The notes: a model not told the origin generated them from the letters alone. Counted from the first letter of the stretch, positions 1 to 12,198 are shown. The stretch: 64,000 bases of DNA from Schizochytrium sp. TIO01 (GCA_004764695.1 SMSO01000037.1:2084747-2148746), one strand, 5' to 3'. Program-made: numbers and translations.

Positions 1-2336
1 GGAAACCTGTGCGCTTGGGATTTTCTAAAGTTAGGTTCTCCAGTTAAAATGGAAGAACTTGAAGAAATTAACAACATGTAAACGGGTCATCCATTCTACT
101 TGCAAAAACCAAGGTCGAGACGAAGGGGGTTCTTTCGCTTACATGCAGGACTCAGGCCACGAAATCAAGAAGACGTTGCCCTTGTTTTGTTGTGGTGACG
201 TTCGTCTTAAAAAAGGAGAAAACATCCGTGGCACTTGTTAATACCGAAGGCTCAATATGAACGAGGATGCCCACATACGCAACTTTGTACGTTACTTACA
301 GAAGAGAAGTTTTTGAAGGCAAAAGATTCGAAGCTTGTCCCCTGTGGATGGAATATCAGCAACAGTCGATATCGGCAACATGGAGATGCAATATAGGTTC
401 GACTACTAAGTACTTACAACCGCCAACTAGCCACGGTCCTTTCTCCTTTTCAAGAAGAGCAGGGTTTGGCAACAACCATCGTAAAGCTTGTCCGGTTGTT
501 GGATTATCAGCAGCTGATACAGAAAACAAACTCGCGTCACAAAGGTTGCCAAATACACCACAGTATATTTACTATATTTTATCACGCCTAAAGGTTTACG
601 ATCATGGAAGTGATACAAACAATGTTAGATGTTCTCTTTTCCTTATGAATGCCGATGGTCTCAATCAACATTCCTTGTTTACAGATCTTCAAGAGCCAAG
701 GTACCCTAGGAAAAACAAAACCTCTGGTGCTGACAAAAGATTGACCAATCAAAGATAAGAAACTTAGAGTACTCTTGGCATTTCTTCGAATACAAATGCC
801 ATGATGACTTAAAAAAATTCACGTCACCAGTAGCCGCAGTGACCTGAGGTTTTCGTAATGAACTGCCCAGGTAGCATAGTGATGGTCACCATTGCCATCG
901 CAAAGTTGAGAGATCGCGGCAGAGCAAGTCACGCAAAGAGGATATTCAGCGCAAGGGTTTTAGATCACTGCATATATAGTAATCCTCTGTGAACACAATT
1001 ATACGAGAGCGTCTATCCAATACGTACCATATGCCGACTTCGCAATATTTATTTGTGCTAACTTGGATAGGCCATCCGCGAACACATGGAGTCTGGAGGT
1101 AACGGAATATTCATATTACACATTTCAACCTCTGTTCAAATTCCAACAGACATATTGTAAATAATCTAAAGAATTTACATCGAGCATTTTGAAGAATCAA
1201 CGAAGCAGGTGGTAGCTACCTAGCTACCTAACTTTGCCTCGTTTTTATTTTCAGTATTTTGCATACTATACCACCTATGATATTTCTTCAAGTTGGGCCA
1301 AAGGACTCAAAATCAAAGGCTCAATTGTTAAGGTACTACCTAGGTAGCTACTTAGGTAGTACATGCTATCTATTCTACTACCCAAGTAAAAGAATTCTAA
1401 AAGGACACGTGAGAAAGAAAGAAACAACCACTTTTGCACAATTTTATGGAACGACAGAAGTATCGCTTGATTAGATTCTTGCTTCTCCTACCTGAAAGCG
1501 ATTCAGGCAGTACTAAAACTGATAAACTGAAATCAGAACGGGGGACCAAAAGATTGCACTCCGAGCTTTGAGCTTGACTGATCTCTCATTACACTAACTT
1601 GTAAAAAGAAAAAAACTACTGCAAGGGTGTGGTGTGCGAAAGAGCTCCCCAAATCAAGAGTCCATCCATATAACTGAGCTCGTAGAAACCAGCTCAACAG
1701 AAACTGGCTCGAGGTGCCTCTGAGCATAGAAAGAAACCTCCATGGCATGATGATCAAGGGTTCGAGAGACCGAGCGAACGAATGAACAAACGAATGCATG
1801 AATGCGTTGTATACGAGAGTACCGTAGTCTGAAAACATTGTGCTGGAAACTGGAATCTGTGCATCTAGTGTCATTTTTATAGCATACAGGACCACGGCCA
1901 AATGTTGATGTTTTGGGAGGTATTTAAGCGCCTAGTCCTGTGCGAAGATTGAAGTAGGTAGATTTCTTGTGAGTTGAGACGGAGGGCGTGCGCATGTGCT
2001 ATGTCCAACAGAAAATAACATGTAGCAGGGCGTGCATAGTCGTGCCAGGTTTCATTCGTAGTACGGTCAAGACCCGCTTGGCAACTAAGGAGCAGCCGCC
2101 TAAGCGAAAACGAAGTAAAACCAGTTTCCCATTTCTCGAAAATATCAGGGCTGACAAGCAGCCCGCTGCCTCGAGTCAGTCCATTCAGGTTCGGCATCTG
2201 AGATTGACCAAGTTGGCACGTGCGCGGGTCTACCTGTGCTTACTGAGCTCTCTGTCGCCTATCTTGGACTTCTATTTCCATGGACTGTGGCAAAGCTGAT
2301 TGAGTTCAAGCATAGCAGAGAGATCGCTTGGGGACT

Positions 2337-5300
2337 ATGGCAGCAGACCTTGCGGAGGCCGTCGTAAGCGGCATTGATATTGTTGCAGACCCTGTGGTAA
2401 GTTCTAGGTGAAGTTGATGGGCTGATGCCGATTGAACATGTTCATCATGAGATCAATGGGTCGAATCGAGTGGTGAAAATTGTTTGCGGTTGTTTTGAGA
2501 AGCTGCTTTTGGATGCTGACTTGCACTATTTGGCTGCGTGTTTTTTCGTTATGTACAGATTCGGCGATTACAAGGCAACGGAGGTGATGGTGGTGGTCCG
2601 CCATTTTCCGAAGATGATCTACAGTTTAACACCGGCCTAATTGCTCATCTTACACTCAAGCGTTGCATTGCACGCCTAAGAACTCTAAAGAGCGACGATC
2701 AGCTTCGTAAAGCTCTTCTCCCATTATTATTGTATCAGCAGAAATGTGCAGAAGAAGAACATCGAGACAGTGTAACAACAACTGACCTGGACGAAACCGG
2801 TCCTTTCCCAGAGGACAATATTGATGAAGATCAAGATGACTCTGATGAAGATGAGGCTGAGATGGAAAAAAATAAGAGGCGACTCGACAGCGTAGATGAC
2901 ATTTTTGATACCATGGGTACTACAAGCTTCGGTGAAACACGCGATGGGACCAGTATGTGTGCTCAGAGCTACGGAACATCCAATTTGCCTGGCGGTGGAA
3001 CTGTTGAAATTGAGATTTTTAATGATTTCACAGAGGAAGAAGATGAGCACTCCATGATCCTTGAGAGCATCACTATGTTTGGACAAAAGACCCAGGTTCA
3101 TATATTCCTTGTGCTCGTTTGGTACATTGTCGAATATGCATCTTCAACGATTCGAGCTATTGTTCTCCAAGAATGCCAATTGAGTGAGCATCATGCTATT
3201 GCACTTGCGTATGCCATTGAGCACTGCACAAACCTCAAGTCAATCAACTTGGATCAGAACCGCAAATTCAGACATAAAGCTATCGCAGCCTTGAGCCTCA
3301 GTGTTAACAAATGTGGTACTGTAGAAACATTTGTAACACAAGACTGTGGATTTAATGATGCTGGGGGTTACATTGGTAGATACATGATTAAGAAAAACGC
3401 AAAGATGATTAAGATTGACATGTCTGGCAATAAATTATCAGCAGAAGCGTGCGCATTCATTGGTCCCGCCCTAGCCGAAAATTTTTGTCTGGTGCATCTT
3501 GATCTCCACAATAACAGCATTGGCGACGAGGGCCTCGAGCACATTATGAATGCACTCAAGCAAAATATTGTGCTTGAGAAGCTGATGGTTGGTGATAACG
3601 ATATTACTTCGGCTGGTGGGCAAGTTATTGGTGAAGCATTGGCCCAGAACCACACTCTTACCACGTTATGGTTGCAGCGCAATCGTCTAGGCAACGATGG
3701 TGTCAAAGCCCTTGCTGAGGGTCTGCATGGGGATACAGCTTTGCGCGATCTTCGTCTCAACATGAATAATCTTGGTACTGAAGGTCTCATTGCGTTAGGA
3801 CAAAGTTTATCCTCCAATAACGTTCCTCTGCAAAAACTATTCCTGCAGGACAATCTATTCGACGGGCGAGGTGTTACATCATTCGCAGCTGCCATTTCTG
3901 AATCGGAAACCCTTTTTGAGCTTGACCTATCCCGCAATAAGCTTCATGACGATGCTGGTATTGCCTTAGGAGATATGCTTGCTGTAAATACCTCGCTTGA
4001 GAAATTAATTCTGGAAGGCAACGATATTGGTGATGTTGGCGCCATTGCATTAAGTGAAGGCCTCAAAACCAATACTACTTTGGTAAATCTGGATTTGGCG
4101 CGAAACGCTGTGGGAGATCACGGTGCAGAGCTCTTGGGTTTCGTGCTCGCTTCTGAGAAAAACACATCGTTGAAAACTCTTGAGCTTAATGAAAATCCGA
4201 TTGGTCGGAAAATCGCAAAAACAGGCTGGCTAAAGCGAGCAAACGGGCGTGGTGCAACCGGTGCTTCCAAAAAAGAGTTGGTTATTCGCATGGACGGTAC
4301 GCAGATAGCGAAAGGCTCTCTAGATGCATTTGGAGTCAAAATCGCAAAGTCCGAGACAGTTACCAATTTCTCTATCTCCATGCTTGTTTTTACGGTTCTG
4401 ATGAACTGGTTTGATCTTGCCACAGATGTGATGGTCGTATATGAATTTTACACTTCTGCTCGTGACGGTGATCTGTCTTATGCATGGTTTGTATTTTCCA
4501 CCCTTTTCTTAATCTTGCCTACGATGTACATGATGATCTTTATGTCCACTCCGTGGCACTCCAGCGATAACCGTTGGCTTTCGCGACTAGGTAATGCCTT
4601 GCTGACTCTGCTACAAGTACGTGTGGCAAGTGAGGCTTATCGTTCCTGGAAAGCGAATGAAACTACTGCGCGGTTTGGCAGTATCCGCGTTGTAGAGGTA
4701 GCTGGCGAGTCGGGTCCCCAAGCATTTTTGCAGATCGTTTTTCTCGTTTATGCGATCGGGCGTAGTAGTGCTGCAGACGTTGCTAATGGAACGGTTATTC
4801 TCTCAGTGAGCCTTTCTCTAATTGTGTTGGGGAACACATTTGCAGACCTCTTTGAGAAGGAGTTCATTATGCGGCACTCTTCAGTAAGCCTTGAGAGCTC
4901 TGCTTTGTTTTGGCGCCTCATTCCATGCCTTATCTTCCACATCCTTCAGTTTTCGTTTCGTGCGATGACCATTGGTTTGATTGTCTCACTTCTTGATGCC
5001 CGCATTGCGGGAGGGATCATCGCTGGCATGGTTCTCCTACGCGTGATCATTTGGAAAGTGACTCGTTCTGAGCGTAGCAAGTTCTTTACAGTTCTTGTGA
5101 CGTTTTTGGCAAACTCAGCATGGGACAAGCGGGTGGCAGCTATTGCTGGAGTTTTTGTTTCTACTGTTGAAGCTGCAGGTGTGATGGCAACCGTCTGGCT
5201 TACGCCTGATCACATTCTTACAGGTGATGAGGTACAACTCCCGTATGCACAGGGCGTCGACTTTGCAAGTTTCAACAATGAAGTCATGACTGGCATTATG

Positions 5301-5498
5301 GCTGCGCTATTTTTTACCTATAACCTTATTTTCTGGACTTACGTGTATCATTTGCACGAGTACAGTGACATCCATTTCACTAATGCCAACAAGAGTAGTA
5401 TGGAAACTATCAAGACTGCACAAGTGTACAACACTGTCGTTCAGGACCTGGAGGCTGCAGGACGCCAGCTGCGTGGTCGTATGTCTGGCAAAGTCTAA
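2337..5498 (+). CDS. Leucine-rich repeat (RI/NLRC3-like) + XK-related multi-pass membrane domain fusion protein, ~999 aa, 2 exons
   Basis: Exon 1 is 2337-2396 (MAADLAEAVVSGIDIVADPV). A phase-0 intron at 2397-2558 (GTAAGT...GCTGAC...TACAG) joins it in frame to the 2538-5498 ORF. About 13 28-aa repeats (e.g. LVHLDLHNNSIGDEGLEHIMNALKQN, LEKLILEGNDIGDVGAIALSEGLKTN) lie at ~3140-4210. The C-terminal hydrophobic domain has XK-family motifs FDLATDVMVVYEFY...WFVFSTLFLILP and ESGPQAFLQ. Confidence 0.85.
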
Positions 5499-7402
5499 AG
5501 GCTACCTCAACTTTGTTAATATTTTTACTAAGTTCACATATTAAATTCCCCCCTCCTTTTCCTTACAAGACAATTTTAAATCCTCTGGTACGGATCTCAA
5601 GACCAATACTTTGATCCTTCTTCAAACTGATGGAGATAGGAAAGCACAGGCTCATTTGCAACTTAAGTACCCCCATTTTAACTGACAGGTGTCTGGAGTG
5701 GATGCAATTCAAACAATGAAGCGTGTAAATCCTTATTTCATCCATGAGGACTGGACAAATTATAGGCAACTCAAATATGGAAACAAAGGTGCTGTAAGGA
5801 GACAGTCTTCTTTGTGTTTTCACTATGTTCACTGTCTAAATGATTCTGTGGAAAACCCTTGCTTGGACTGACCCAAAACAACCCGCTCTTTATATAGCCA
5901 TCGTCACCGGAGGATATAATCGAGCGAAGTGATCGAGAATAGACTGATACCTTTTGCAAAAGACGACATTTTTTTTTTTCGTGAGAGCAAGTATTATTCA
6001 TCTCTGCATGACTTAAATTTCAGGAAACATGTGAAGCCTTCTTCAGTGATTTTGATATTCAGGTTGTCTCTAAGTGTATAATATGATAATAGCAACATTT
6101 GATACAAAAATGAATCTCCTGAAAAATAAAAAATGAAACAACTGTAAAAGCATGACAATAATAGGACTAGATATCCTTCATTTAAGTAAAAAGCTGTGAC
6201 TAAGTGGTAGTGACGGTACATTGATTTATCTTATTTTTTGACTTTTTTCAAAGAGTTTACGCAACTACTTGCTCATTTGAAGCTAATAGCACATGCCTGG
6301 AAGAGTCAGTTGACTGAGTTAATCACTAGGAGTTATAGATCAATCCAAATTCCACTCGGTCCTGAGTTGTTCATGTCATCAAATAATGTTAGACTTTTAG
6401 GCTCCACCTCTTCACCGCCCTCTTTGTCACAAACGCAAATGAAGGGTACAATAATACGTCAAGCTGTCTAAAATGCTAAAAGCTTTCTGTTCTAATCTTT
6501 CCCAGTTGATTCATATGCTTCACTTAACTCTGTTTAGTCATTTCAAATCAAAAGAGTGCATCGTGTGTAGTATAAAAGGCATCCAAGGTGTAATTTTAGA
6601 GAGAAGTCCTTGCGCTGGTGTGTAAGGTTGCAAAATGAGATTGTGGCTAGTCTGCCCCAAAATAACTCTTCGAAGCGGAGCCTAAGTTTAATGACTTCGT
6701 GAATACTGGGCCAAATAGCAATTCAAAATGTGTATTGGCCTGCTATTTGTAGAATCCCTCATTTTTTAGTTTCGCTCTTTGCAATCGATCCTTTTTCTTT
6801 AAAAAAAAAGCTTTTGGAAAAGACTGTGACTGCACCAAATAAAGTGGTTGTTGCGAGATCATTTGTGGCAAGGTTTGTTTGTCTTCAAATATTGGAAAAC
6901 TACATGAGTTTGTTTTGTCCTCATGATCTTTTTCCCGATCTTTTTTTTGCCCTACGTTGGTTCAAGTGCTCTTTGTTTTGCCATACTTTGGCTCGAGCCC
7001 GTTGAATTCAATACAAGGTTGGATGGGTATAACGAGGTCTTCTTCTTTCTGAGACTTATAAACACGAGAAACACAGTTAAAAAGCTCTGTATACAAGAAT
7101 AACAGCAAGAGCAAGGGCAAGAGCAAAGAAGGTTCAATACCAATATTTTACTACATCATTTTCAGCAGCAGTAGTGAACTTGCTAATAATACCTGTTATG
7201 TTTAAATTGAAAAGAAGATTACGGTATATTGCAAAATCAAATAAAATCATATCGAGCATAGCCAAACATGAAAATATGAGTGGGAAGGGTTATACAAGGT
7301 GTGGAGTACGAAAAAAGTATATTTTATTTTAGTGTGATGATGGGTGTAATTCTTCTTTCTCGCGGCAGGAATAAAGGGATAAGAGACGCGGTGAGAGGAC
7401 GC

Positions 7403-8707
7403 TTAGTCATCCATAAACAGACGTCCGTACTTCCAATAGGGGTCCGACTCGGGCTCGGGCACAATTTGTTTGAGTTCGTCGTTGGAGATCCAGACGTAGT
7501 CGAGGATCTTGTCAGAGGGCTCGACGTGTCCCTCGAGGCGCTGACCGCGGTAAAGCATGACGAGCGCTCCGTAGGCGTTCTTCTCCTTCTGCTCAGCCTC
7601 AGGGTACTTGTACCAAGTGTATCCGGCGGGGATGCGACTGAGCATGTACAGATCGAGGTCGCCGCATTGCTCGACGACGTGACGCTGGGCCGAGGCGTAG
7701 AGCTCCTCGTCCTCATTGCGGAGACCCGAAGGGTACCTCCACACAGGTTCACCGTTGGGGTCCTCTGGGTTGGGCACCTTGACTAACAAGTGAAGACGGC
7801 GCTGGAGCCTCCTTCGAAGCGATCTGGTGTCATGAATCTTGTCCTCCAGCGTGATACGGGGCTCCGGGCGGAAGGCCTGTGCTTTTGCCGCAGGGTCTTC
7901 CTCGTCCTCATCCATGCCCAAATTGTACTCCACCTCCTGAGTCGTGTCCTCATCAATATCAATCTCAATCTCACTCAGGTCCACGTCTAATTGGTCACCA
8001 AGATCCAAGTCTGCGCTCAAATCAAAGCTGTCGTCCGATGATGCTTCATTGGCACTTTTACCAGCAGTTTCGGTCAGTTCCTCAGAAGCGGCCCCAGCAG
8101 CTCCCCGAAGTGACTTCTTGCGCTCCTCCAGCGCCGCCTTCTCTGCCTCTTCGATACGAGCCTGTTCCTCCTCCCTAAACTCCTTCAACATCGGTTCAAG
8201 CTCCTCCTTGAGCTTGCCATTGATCTCACGCTTGCCGAGGCGGCCTTCAGTGCCAAAGTCCAAGAGGTCGTAGGCCCACAGGTTTTGCTTCTGGACGGGG
8301 CGCTCACGGAATGAGAAAAACTCCGATGGGTACTCCTTCTGCGTGTACGTTTCCTTCTCTTCCTTGAGCTCGTGCATGTCCACCTCCCAGTCTTCCAGGT
8401 CTGGCATAATCACAGGCAGCCGCTCGACAACAGCAGAGCTCATCACATCAAGCTTCAGGCCAGAGCTAGCAGCATCGCGCTTGAAGGCCTCAAGCTGCAT
8501 AAAACGGAGACGCTCGGTAGCACGGAGGTCCTTTACCTTGCCACGAGGAACAGCGGCCTCAAGGCGCTCCATGCGGTACTGCTGCGTCCAGTGCGCCTCA
8601 TCCACGGGGCCACCAGGAGCATCAGCGGCAGGGTACGAGCTCAGACACCGGGACACCACACTACCAGTGAGGCTGCGAGGACGCCGCACCAGGCCCACGC
8701 GAAGCAT
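7403..8707 (-). CDS. MRPL46: Mitochondrial ribosomal protein mL46 (MRP-L46 N-terminal + Nudix-like domain)
   Basis: Arg-rich presequence MLRVGLVRRPRSL. Motifs VVERLPVIMPDLEDWE, PRITLEDKIHDTRSLRRRLQRRLHLLVK, WRYPSG...LYASAQR and DYVWISNDEL are characteristic of mL46. Confidence 0.85.
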   Translation of the reverse strand: MLRVGLVRRPRSLTGSVVSRCLSSYPAADAPGGPVDEAHWTQQYRMERLEAAVPRGKVKDLRATERLRFMQLEAFKRDAASSGLKLDVMSSAVVERLPVIMPDLEDWEVDMHELKEEKETYTQKEYPSEFFSFRERPVQKQNLWAYDLLDFGTEGRLGKREINGKLKEELEPMLKEFREEEQARIEEAEKAALEERKKSLRGAAGAASEELTETAGKSANEASSDDSFDLSADLDLGDQLDVDLSEIEIDIDEDTTQEVEYNLGMDEDEEDPAAKAQAFRPEPRITLEDKIHDTRSLRRRLQRRLHLLVKVPNPEDPNGEPVWRYPSGLRNEDEELYASAQRHVVEQCGDLDLYMLSRIPAGYTWYKYPEAEQKEKNAYGALVMLYRGQRLEGHVEPSDKILDYVWISNDELKQIVPEPESDPYWKYGRLFMDD

Positions 8708-10383
8708 GGTTGCACAGAGACGGAGTTGGAGACGAGCAAGTGCCTTCTCGATGATCTGTTTTGGTTTGGTTTGATGTGGTCACGGCAACGCAAGAGCGAC
8801 GCACGAGACCGTATCAAGCTAGTTGCGAGGGGGCGGGAACAAGCGAAAACCGCCGAGACACTGGCGGATACGGTATCAGCCGCAGGTGCGAACGGAGGTC
8901 GCGAAGGTCGACGGCCTCGCAGCGCTCTGCTCGATGTCTAGAGCGCCGAGGCCTCTTATTTTCTGTCTCTAGTTTGGTCGACTGTGGACGGGTTTAACCT
9001 ACTGTAAATACTTTAGCGCTACTTTACCTCGACGTATAATCTATTTCCAATTATGTAAATAGTCTATTTTCAGGTAAGCGTTTAGTTCACTTGTAGGTTG
9101 TGGTTGATTGAATTACAATTTTCTGGTTTGCCTCCAAGTTTTTTACTTGTCGTTTCGATCATAAATACTCCTGACAAGCTTTACGTCTTCCGCTTCGACT
9201 GTGGATGTCAGTGGAATTGCCGCTGATGCTTGCGAGCATGGCTGCTGCCAATCACTTGCAGACGCTCATTCTGGTTGCTCGTGCCTTTATTCATTCTCAG
9301 TTGACTGCGCTGCGCTGCACAGCGCACACACAGCAGAGTATGCGCCTCTACAATAGGTTATAGACCCTTGACATACTATAGGTTATAGCGATACTATACT
9401 ACGGGTAATACAAACTCTGGAGACCGCAGAGAACTTCTACTGCTACTTCTACCTTAACCGGTAACTCTACCAGCTAGACCTGGGCCCTAGGACTGCTTAA
9501 GACACTGCACGGGGTCCTGTATGTTCCCACACAGTCATAGTTAATATAGGAGCACAGAAGTTGCAATATATTGTAATAGAGCTTTGCACTGATTACTGTA
9601 GACTATTGAAGGCATATTTGAGCTAAAACAGCATTTAAAGTATCTAGTTGCAGGAGGGCTCCTTCGTACATGACTGCGTGTACAAGTCTCTGACAGCAGC
9701 AGGCAAGACGAACATTAATGGGTTTAACAAAGTCATCTCTTCCTGAGGAATAGTATAGCGTACTTACACTGGTCAATACTCTATTTGGGGTGGTATCCGT
9801 CACAAGTGAACTATTGTCAACGAAAGAGTGCAATAGAGGGCAGCCAAAAGTTAGTGGCCACCCAGGAGGGTCATTGCATAACTTTCTGCACCACTTAACA
9901 TATTTTTAGGCCTTTAATAATAGTATTGAACTTGTTAAGGTATGCCGATTTTAGAGGTTTAAATAAAATCGATTTTGGGATACCCCCCTGGGGACAGAAT
10001 CTGCTGGTTCTATAGGGTCTGCGAGGTACTTAGGGGGTGATAGGCCCTGCCTAGTGTTCTCCCTTGTTTGTATGCCTGTCAGACGTTAAGGCCTGTAAAG
10101 CAAAGTTGAATTTCTGATCCAGATCGCAGGTAGGTATCCGTCGAGGGGAAGCTAAGCGTTAGGTATGACTTTGAGTGACGGTTTGTCTGAGTAATACTGA
10201 TGTTGTCTCGCCTCATTTAATCTTGGAGATCCCTGAATGACCTGTCTGGTTTCTGAACTTGAAAAAAAGATTCTGTTGAAAATAAAGAACTTCTTGACCA
10301 AAAAGGAGTATCATTATGAATCAAATCTGCAACGATCGCGCTGCAGTTGCTGCCAGCACTCCACTGCGAAGGCGACTGCAGCC

Positions 10384-12198
10384 ATGCGAGGTCTCTGTGT
10401 GGTGCTCATGGCACTGGCCTTTGCCCTATCGCAATGCGATGGCGCAGAGACTTTCGCGGAGGAAATCCTACTGCGCAGGGTTCGGGACCCATCTCAGCGC
10501 GGCGTGGAGCACGGCTGGGAAGACCTCGTAACGCACATGCAGTTTACACAGCGCTGGGAGCAAGGTTCTTCTTCGAAAGGCGTCCACGACTTTGCTTGGG
10601 ATCATTTCAATCTCTTTCCTATGCAATTTGCGCAAACTATGCGAAGATTTAAGGTGGAGGAGTTGGAGCTCAGCTTTGCAAAAGGCCATTGGGCACCACA
10701 TTGGGGCACATCACCAGCACCAGCAGCAACAGGAGTAGAACTTTGGGCATTGCTTCATAAGGTGAAAACGGAGTCGACGTGGAGTGAGACACTCCCAGAA
10801 GCTGAACTCTCGGAGCGCTGGCAATCACTCACAGGAGCACTTGCTGGTTTTTCATGTGCATCCCTTAGCACACTTGGCGACACAAGGGTTGCCGAACCCC
10901 GCACAACATTTGGCCTCAACGAGAGCAAATCCTCAAACTTGGGTCTGAAATATGGCCAACTTCCGTCGGAGGCTTCGTGCACAGAGAATCTGACACCGTT
11001 GCTAAAGCTACTGCCATGCAGAAGTCATTCCGGACTTGCGCAACTCATCTCGCCAACGACACTATTTCGAGCAGCACACCATACTATGCGGCTCCATTTC
11101 CGCAGAGTTTGCGGGGGGCGCCGTGGTTGGGATGCGTGTTCTAACCCTGCCCTTGAGTTGGTTCTTAGTATCACACTTGTACAGACACGATTGTCCAAAG
11201 AGCAGGCAGAAGTCGCTGTTCTAGTTCCACATCATCGTGGAGGTCTCAATAAATGCCCAGTTGCTTCATCGTCGAGGGTGTTTGTGGAGACTTTTTCTTC
11301 AAAGACTCAATGTGAAGGTGTCAGCGCGCAGACAGCACTGGAAGAGATCCCCTTTGAGCTGCTCACAGATGGAAAACAACAAGTACGTCTTTCAGAGGTC
11401 ACAGTTCCAGCAGCACCGCCAGTCGTTATTCAAGATCGCTACACCACAGGCGCCGGTCGGCTTGAAGGAGGTGTAGTTCTGGTCCTTGAGGTTGCACAGC
11501 CTCTTCAACTTCGCGTACTAGAGCTTATTCCTTCGTATTTGCGTATGCAGCCTCGATCTTTGCAGGTAAAGATCAACGAGGAAGTCGTGCCAGCACATGA
11601 GCTATGGGGACCATCTAGTGACTCAAAGATTACGCTATCAAAGTTCCACGGCGCACCAAGCCAACTTGAATTATTTTTGACCGTGCCTGCTCAGGGAAAT
11701 GTAGTTATTTCCTATACCTTTCGCCAAGCCTTTCTCGCCCTTGCAGATTTTCCGCCTGACCCAAATCGAGGGTTTGACATCCCGGGTACAGTTTTAAGCT
11801 ATGTAATACCAGGACAAAAATCGCAGAAGTGCATTATGGCTGGCCTCGCTCCATCACCGATGCTAGGGCGTGGTTTACGAGGTCCATTGCCCGGGCGGAA
11901 ACTCAGATTATATGCAGAGCCCCTCTCAGTAAGCATGCCATTGCCCGATTTCAGTATGCCGTACAATGTGATCACTTTGTCTTCTACAGTCTTTGCATAT
12001 CTTTTTGGGTCGATCATGAGCTCATTGCTACAACCTGTTCATGTGCGTCCCGAGGAAGACGACCCGGCGCGAGACCTTCGGCGAAAGCGTAAAGCACAGC
12101 TTAAAAACCTTACCTTTGTTGTTCTAATTGGCTTGGCATGGCTATTCGAAAATGATCGAGATGCGTTCAATGAGCTTATTTCTTATGTTAGTTTTTGA
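10384..12198 (+). CDS. PIGT: GPI transamidase component PIG-T/Gpi16
   Basis: Signal peptide MRGLCVVLMALAFALSQC from GCCATG at 10384. Motifs GVELWA, LPSEASCTENLTPLLKLLPCRSHSGLAQL, FPPDPNRGFDIP and PLPDFSMPYNVITLSSTV followed by a TM segment. Confidence 0.95.
   Translation: MRGLCVVLMALAFALSQCDGAETFAEEILLRRVRDPSQRGVEHGWEDLVTHMQFTQRWEQGSSSKGVHDFAWDHFNLFPMQFAQTMRRFKVEELELSFAKGHWAPHWGTSPAPAATGVELWALLHKVKTESTWSETLPEAELSERWQSLTGALAGFSCASLSTLGDTRVAEPRTTFGLNESKSSNLGLKYGQLPSEASCTENLTPLLKLLPCRSHSGLAQLISPTTLFRAAHHTMRLHFRRVCGGRRGWDACSNPALELVLSITLVQTRLSKEQAEVAVLVPHHRGGLNKCPVASSSRVFVETFSSKTQCEGVSAQTALEEIPFELLTDGKQQVRLSEVTVPAAPPVVIQDRYTTGAGRLEGGVVLVLEVAQPLQLRVLELIPSYLRMQPRSLQVKINEEVVPAHELWGPSSDSKITLSKFHGAPSQLELFLTVPAQGNVVISYTFRQAFLALADFPPDPNRGFDIPGTVLSYVIPGQKSQKCIMAGLAPSPMLGRGLRGPLPGRKLRLYAEPLSVSMPLPDFSMPYNVITLSSTVFAYLFGSIMSSLLQPVHVRPEEDDPARDLRRKRKAQLKNLTFVVLIGLAWLFENDRDAFNELISYVSF

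Noticed and set aside
1205-1365. CTACCTAGGTAG palindromes as transposon ends
   Set aside because: They look like degenerate TAGG/TAGC simple repeats; no matching TIR partner or TSD found.
2880-2900. DSVD caspase-like site in the LRR-XK protein, by analogy with XKR8/CED-8 activation
   Set aside because: DxxD is expected by chance in an acidic tract, and protists generally have Arg/Lys-specific metacaspases rather than caspases.
10237-10383. ORF-track N-terminal extension of PIG-T
   Set aside because: The signal peptide begins at the GCCATG at 10384; upstream residues are not protein-like.
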